Source of the DNA: Desulfosudaceae bacterium
GTDB lineage: Bacteria; Desulfobacterota; Desulfobacteria; Desulfobacterales; Desulfosudaceae
Reading direction: 5' to 3'
DNA: 64,000 nucleotides
Assembly (NCBI GenBank): GCA_963674745.2
Contig: CAXXDV010000001.1
Location: forward strand, 2,016,001-2,080,000
Shown here: positions 59,406 through 64,000 of the stretch, one piece after another
Numbering within the stretch: position 1 is the stretch's first letter
Layout of the letters: the number at the start of each line of letters is the position of its first letter
Notes under the pieces: model-generated
What the model was told of the DNA's origin: nothing
The model's input: only the letters and a program-made list of their open reading frames with translations
Databases searched by the model: none
Made by a program: the position numbers and the translations under genes

Positions 59406-60121
59406 ATAATCTCTTTTCAGCCGGCGCATCGATTCGGGTTCTGGTGGTTGATGACGCCGACGAAGATCGGGAGGTCTGCCGCCGTTTTCTGGAAAACTGC
59501 CCGGTGTATGATTATAAATTGGAAGAGTCGGAGACGATTGAGGACGGGCTGAAAATATGCCGGAAGCGACCGCCGGATTGCGTTCTGCTGGATTACCGGC
59601 TGCCGGATGGTGACGGGCTGGAGTTTCTGGAAAAGATGTCCGGTGACGCAGGCATTGTGCCCCTGCCGGTGGTAATGATGACCGGCGTCGGCAACGAGGA
59701 GGTTGCCGTTCGTGCCATGAAGCAGGGGGCCATGGATTACGTGGTCAAGGGACGGATGGAAAACGAGGCCTTTTGCCGTACGGTTCAGGTGGCCCTGGAA
59801 AAAGCGTTTCTGATGCAGACCATCCGGCAGCAGCAGGATGAAAAAGACATTCTCATCGCGCAGCTTCAGGAAGCCCTGGACCAGGTGAAAACATTAAAGG
59901 GCATTGTGCCCATCTGTGCCAGCTGCAAAAAGATCAGGGATGATAAAGGCTACTGGCAGCAGGTGGAGACCTATATCCAGAAGCATTCTGATGCCGAGTT
60001 CAGCCATGGGGTCTGTCCGGATTGTTTACGGAAGTACTATCCCGAACAGGCCGAGAAAATATTAAAGGACATCGAAGACAATCAGCAAAAGCAGCATCGT
60101 TCCACGAAAAAAGACAAGTGA
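59402..60121 (+). CDS. response regulator with C-terminal Cys/His-rich tail
   Basis: Receiver domain (VVDD, LLDYRLPD) plus PICASCKKIRD...SHGVCPDC. Confidence 0.9.
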   Translation: MNNLFSAGASIRVLVVDDADEDREVCRRFLENCPVYDYKLEESETIEDGLKICRKRPPDCVLLDYRLPDGDGLEFLEKMSGDAGIVPLPVVMMTGVGNEEVAVRAMKQGAMDYVVKGRMENEAFCRTVQVALEKAFLMQTIRQQQDEKDILIAQLQEALDQVKTLKGIVPICASCKKIRDDKGYWQQVETYIQKHSDAEFSHGVCPDCLRKYYPEQAEKILKDIEDNQQKQHRSTKKDK

Positions 60122-60125
60122 TGTG

Positions 60126-61037
60126 TCAGGGTTGATAACCATGGATGGTGACCCTGTTACGCCCCTGTTCCTTGCTGGTGTACATGGCGGTATCGGCTTT
60201 TTCAATCAGGGAATCCATTGTGTCCTCCGCAGAGGCGATGACCCCGCCCGCTGAAAGGGTTACACGTAAAATTTTGTTTTCCGGTTCGACGTGAGAATGT
60301 TCCACCAGCATACGTAACCGTTCAGCGGTATCATAAAGCGTCTGATGGTCAAGGTTTCGAAACACGCCCAGAAATTCTTCTCCTCCCCAGCGGCCGATGA
60401 TATCAGAGGAACGAATGGCGTGCCTGAAAGTGTCGGCCACGGTCTTCAGCGCGAGGTCGCCGATCTGGTGGCCAAGGGTGTCATTAAAGCGCTTGAAGTG
60501 ATCGATGTCCAGAAAAAGCAGGCCAAAGGGCATGTCAATTCTGAGCAGCAGCGATAATGATGTTTCGATGTGGGTTTCAACATACCGCCGGTTGGGCAGT
60601 TCCGTGAGGGGGTCGATCAGTGACAGTTGACGCAGCCGCGCGAGCTCTTCCTGCATGGCCTGCCAGGGGGTGTTGTCGGAAAAGATTTCAATCCCGCCAA
60701 TAATCTCTTCCCGGTCGTTTTTCAAGGGTGTCACCCGTACCATAACCGGTATCCGGTGGCCTGACTTATGATGCAGGAACACTTCCGCCTGGCGGGTTTG
60801 CCCGTCTTCCATGGTGGCGGCTAAGGGACACATGCCCTGGCACAGGCTGTTGCCCTCAGCATCGATATGGCTAAGAATGTTGTCCGAGCAACGGGATCCC
60901 ATAACTTCGTTGGCCGTAAATCCGGTCAGTTCCTCAGCCGCCTTGTTCCAGTACCGGATGCGGCGTTGCCGGTCAACGACGTACAGGCCTTCGTAAAGGT
61001 TGGCAACGATGGCCTCAAAGTTTATGTCGGTGAACAT
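60126..61037 (-). CDS. PAS-GGDEF diguanylate cyclase
   Basis: WNKAAEELTG, DPLT..PNRR, DIDHFK..ND..GH..GD and RWGGEEF motifs; start uncertain. Confidence 0.93.
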   Translation of the reverse strand: MFTDINFEAIVANLYEGLYVVDRQRRIRYWNKAAEELTGFTANEVMGSRCSDNILSHIDAEGNSLCQGMCPLAATMEDGQTRQAEVFLHHKSGHRIPVMVRVTPLKNDREEIIGGIEIFSDNTPWQAMQEELARLRQLSLIDPLTELPNRRYVETHIETSLSLLLRIDMPFGLLFLDIDHFKRFNDTLGHQIGDLALKTVADTFRHAIRSSDIIGRWGGEEFLGVFRNLDHQTLYDTAERLRMLVEHSHVEPENKILRVTLSAGGVIASAEDTMDSLIEKADTAMYTSKEQGRNRVTIHGYQP

Positions 61038-61161
61038 ACCAGCCCCCATTTGACTTATCCATATCATATCGCGGTTGACTTGCCATAAAATTTTATTGCG
61101 TGCGTCTGTTTGGCGTAAAGAGAAATACCAGGCGCAGGTGTTTTGATAAGGCTTTTAGATA

Positions 61162-61190
61162 TTGACTTTAATGAGGTATGTTAATAAAAT
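61162..61190 (+). promoter_or_regulatory. sigma70-type promoter
   Basis: TTGACT-N17-TAAAAT. Confidence 0.55.
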
Positions 61191-61324
61191 TATTAAATTT
61201 AGATGTTTGTTTGTAATGCCCTTTATTGCCGGAAAGGGGTGCGGCGACAGGCTTTGCCACGATGTTTTTTAACCCCTGTTTAGTTGTTCATCTTTAAGAG
61301 CGTCTTTTTTTAAAGCGGGTTTGC

Positions 61325-63457
61325 ATGAATGGAAAAAAAAATAATAAATTTGTTGAATTGTTTTTAGTCAGTTTTTTATTCCTGTTTCTCGAACTGGTTG
61401 TTATCCGCTGGCTTTCCGCAGAGGTTCCTATTTTTGCCTACTTTAAGAACTTTCCCCTGCTGGCCGCTTTTTTGGGGCTTGGGCTCGGTTGTGCCCTTGC
61501 GGACTATCGCCGGGACTTGGTCATTCTTGCGCCGTTTGCTTTTAGCCTGTTGTTTATAATTATTATTTTTGCGGAGCAATTAGAGCTGCACCAGATCGTA
61601 TTCCCGGAAAAATATATATTTGCCTGGGGCCGGACTTCCGAATCATGGAGTCCCGGTGAGGTCTGGCGTTCCATCCATCATCTGGCCGTAATTTTTTCTG
61701 TTTTTCTGCTGGTGATGTTCTCCTTTGCCTGTTTGGGGCAGCGGTTGGGGAAACTTATCAGAACCGGAGAGGCGCTCGTGGCATATAGTGTCGACATCGC
61801 CGGAAGCCTTACCGGAATCGTTCTCTTTTCCATCCTTTCTTTTCTGCAATTACCCCCCTTTGTGTGGTTGTCGACCGGTTATTTAATCCTCTTCATTTTG
61901 ATCAGAAAGTCTTTCCGGTTTTTGAGAATCCCTACGCTGATTTGTTTTTTGATTGTTATTCTTTTAGCGTCATTAATCGCTTCCGAGCGGCCGCTGCTGT
62001 GGTCGCCCTACTACAGAATCGAAATCAGTAATTTTATGGTCAAGAAGGCGGATCGGTATATACCGGCAGGGAAGCTTATTTCCGTTAACAGGGATATGCA
62101 CCAAACCCTTTATGACCTGTCTGATGAAATGGCAGAAGTCCTGCCCGATTTTGTTAACTCCAGAAGGCTCGAATACTATTTGCCATACATCATCAGCAGA
62201 AATTATGATTCCGTCCTGATTGTGGGGGCCGGGGCGGGTAATGATGCCGCTGCTGCCGTTAAATATAAGGCCCGGGTTATTGATGCGGTTGAGATCGATC
62301 CTGTGATCGCGGATTTAGGCAAGAGTTTGCATCCGGATAAACCGAATCTGGCGCCCAATGTTAATCTTATTATTGACGATGCCCGCTCATATTTCAAAAA
62401 GGCGAAGAAAAAATACGACTTGATTGTATTCAGTATTCTGGATTCGCATACGGCGCTTTCGTCTCTGTCTTCCCTGCGATTAGATAATTTCGTATATACC
62501 ACAGAGAGCATCAAGGAAGTATACTCATTGCTGAAGCCCAAAGGCCTCGTCGTTTTATCCTTTCACGAATGGGGGCATGAATGGATCGGGGAAAGATTGT
62601 TCAGGGTTTGTCAGGAGGCAATCGGAAAAGACATAATTGCTGCCAAGTATAGAGGGCGCATATACATAATTTTTGGCAAAAATACGAATTATGATTTGAT
62701 AAACCAGCGACTCGCATCCCTGAGGCTTGAAAGACCCACCGAAGTTTACAGTGAATCCAAAATAAAAGTAACCACGGATGACTGGCCCTTTCTGTACGCG
62801 CACCCAAACGGGCAACCGGTTGTTTATTATTTTGCGTTGCTTCTCATTGCTATTATCGCCCTTGTTCTTGTTCGTGTCGTCTCGAAGCCGGATTCCAGCG
62901 AGACACAAGTGAAATTTAAAATGGACTGGCAGATGTTTTTTCTGGGGGTCTCGTTTTTGCTGCTGGAAACAACAAGCTTGACCAGAACGGCTTTGCTGCT
63001 GGGGTCTACCTGGCTTGTCAACGCATTTGTATTTGCCGGTATCCTTATTATGATATTGTTGGCCAACCTGCTGGTCTTAAGGTTCCGGATTAATAAGTTG
63101 CTGATAAGTTATATTTTTCTGTGGGGCTCGCTGGTTTTTGTCTACTTGTTTCCGCTTGATGTGCTTAATCTCCTGTCCTTTGGTGCCAGAGGGGTCTTGG
63201 GTTCCATGATTGTCGCCTTACCGTTGCTCTTTGCCGGGATTGTATTTGCAATATCTTTTGCGCAAGTGAGAGATGCCAGCTTTGCGTTGGGATCAAATCT
63301 CCTGGGGGCGGTATTGGGCGGTATTCTGGAAGCGCTTTCACTGAGTGTTGGAATAAAAAACCTTCTTTTACTGGCGTTGGTTTCATACATTCTGTCCTAT
63401 TTGTTCATCAAGCTTAAACGCCCTCTTTTAGATAAAACAGATTTTGTTGAAAGCTGA
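61325..63457 (+). CDS. spermidine synthase-like SAM-binding domain flanked by multi-TM regions
   Basis: VLIVGAGAGND, AVEIDP, DDAR, YDLI and TDDWPFLY motifs. Confidence 0.82.
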   Translation: MNGKKNNKFVELFLVSFLFLFLELVVIRWLSAEVPIFAYFKNFPLLAAFLGLGLGCALADYRRDLVILAPFAFSLLFIIIIFAEQLELHQIVFPEKYIFAWGRTSESWSPGEVWRSIHHLAVIFSVFLLVMFSFACLGQRLGKLIRTGEALVAYSVDIAGSLTGIVLFSILSFLQLPPFVWLSTGYLILFILIRKSFRFLRIPTLICFLIVILLASLIASERPLLWSPYYRIEISNFMVKKADRYIPAGKLISVNRDMHQTLYDLSDEMAEVLPDFVNSRRLEYYLPYIISRNYDSVLIVGAGAGNDAAAAVKYKARVIDAVEIDPVIADLGKSLHPDKPNLAPNVNLIIDDARSYFKKAKKKYDLIVFSILDSHTALSSLSSLRLDNFVYTTESIKEVYSLLKPKGLVVLSFHEWGHEWIGERLFRVCQEAIGKDIIAAKYRGRIYIIFGKNTNYDLINQRLASLRLERPTEVYSESKIKVTTDDWPFLYAHPNGQPVVYYFALLLIAIIALVLVRVVSKPDSSETQVKFKMDWQMFFLGVSFLLLETTSLTRTALLLGSTWLVNAFVFAGILIMILLANLLVLRFRINKLLISYIFLWGSLVFVYLFPLDVLNLLSFGARGVLGSMIVALPLLFAGIVFAISFAQVRDASFALGSNLLGAVLGGILEALSLSVGIKNLLLLALVSYILSYLFIKLKRPLLDKTDFVES

Positions 63458-63480
63458 AAAATCCGGTCGCTCACATAGCC

Positions 63481-64000
63481 ATGCTGAATCCTGAATTAAA
63501 CAGAATCCCCGGCGATGTCCGTAAGGTTTACCTTATCGCGGCCTGCGGCACCGCCATGGCGGCCCTGGCCTGTATGTTAAAGGAGTTGGGATACCAGGTC
63601 ACGGGATCGGACCGGAATGTTTATCCGCCCATGAGCGACCTGCTGGCCGACCGGGGCATTGCCATTGCGGCCGGCTTCTCGGAAAACAATCTGGCCTATG
63701 GCCCGGATCTGGTGGTGGTGGGTAATGCCGTCACCCGGGACAATCCTGAAGCAAAAAAAAACAGCCGAATTGGAACTCCCCTATTGCTCCATGCCCCAGG
63801 CCGTCAACCATTTTGCGGCGGCGGGTAAAGAAATCCTGATGGTCTGCGGCACCCACGGAAAAACCACCACCTCGTCCATCCTGACCGGGATTCTTCATGC
63901 GGCCGGTCTTGACCCTTCATTTGTTATCGGCGGCGTGCTAAAGGATTTTGGCGGAAATTTCAGGCTGGGTAAGGGGCCGCATCTCGTCCTGGAAGGGGAT
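63481..64000 (+). CDS. mpl: murein peptide ligase (Mpl/MurC family), partial, frameshifted in an A9 run
   Basis: CGTAM..LA, GSD..VYPPMS and GNAV.R.NPE; removing one A at 63753-63761 restores ELPYCSMPQAV...CGTHGKTTT...VLEGD. Confidence 0.85.

Overview
Bacterial chromosomal segment. Gene content (futalosine menaquinone pathway, CCG and CGGC proteins, a HesB-type selenoprotein) suggests an anaerobic deltaproteobacterium (Desulfobacterota-like); this is inference. In order, the window holds: (1) an apparently complete, single-cluster futalosine menaquinone operon (1770-10710, minus) interrupted by octamer-repeat arrays and a MITE-like insert; (2) an accessory stretch with a 150-bp palindromic element, a sigma54 promoter with a structured leader before a small Cys-containing ORF, and a CsoR-like operator; (3) a lipid/acyl-CoA region (PlsC, AsmA-like, START, three acyl-CoA dehydrogenases, a ferredoxin-CoA ligase fusion, nitroreductase, SCP2-type thiolase); (4) a HesB/IscA gene with an in-frame UGA and SECIS-like hairpin that the ORF track misses; (5) the standout, a TatT-containing (TPAT-type) TRAP operon followed by six intact tandem solute-binding paralogs and an internally deleted seventh, each intact copy carrying an unrecognised ~110-aa N-terminal domain and lacking the canonical DctP arginine; (6) a giant membrane protein, a binding protein/histidine kinase/response regulator/diguanylate cyclase cluster, a spermidine-synthase-like membrane protein and mpl. 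Three single-base frameshifts in otherwise intact genes probably reflect sequencing indels. No rRNA, tRNA, CRISPR array or transposase was recognised. All family assignments come from motif recognition by eye, not database searches.
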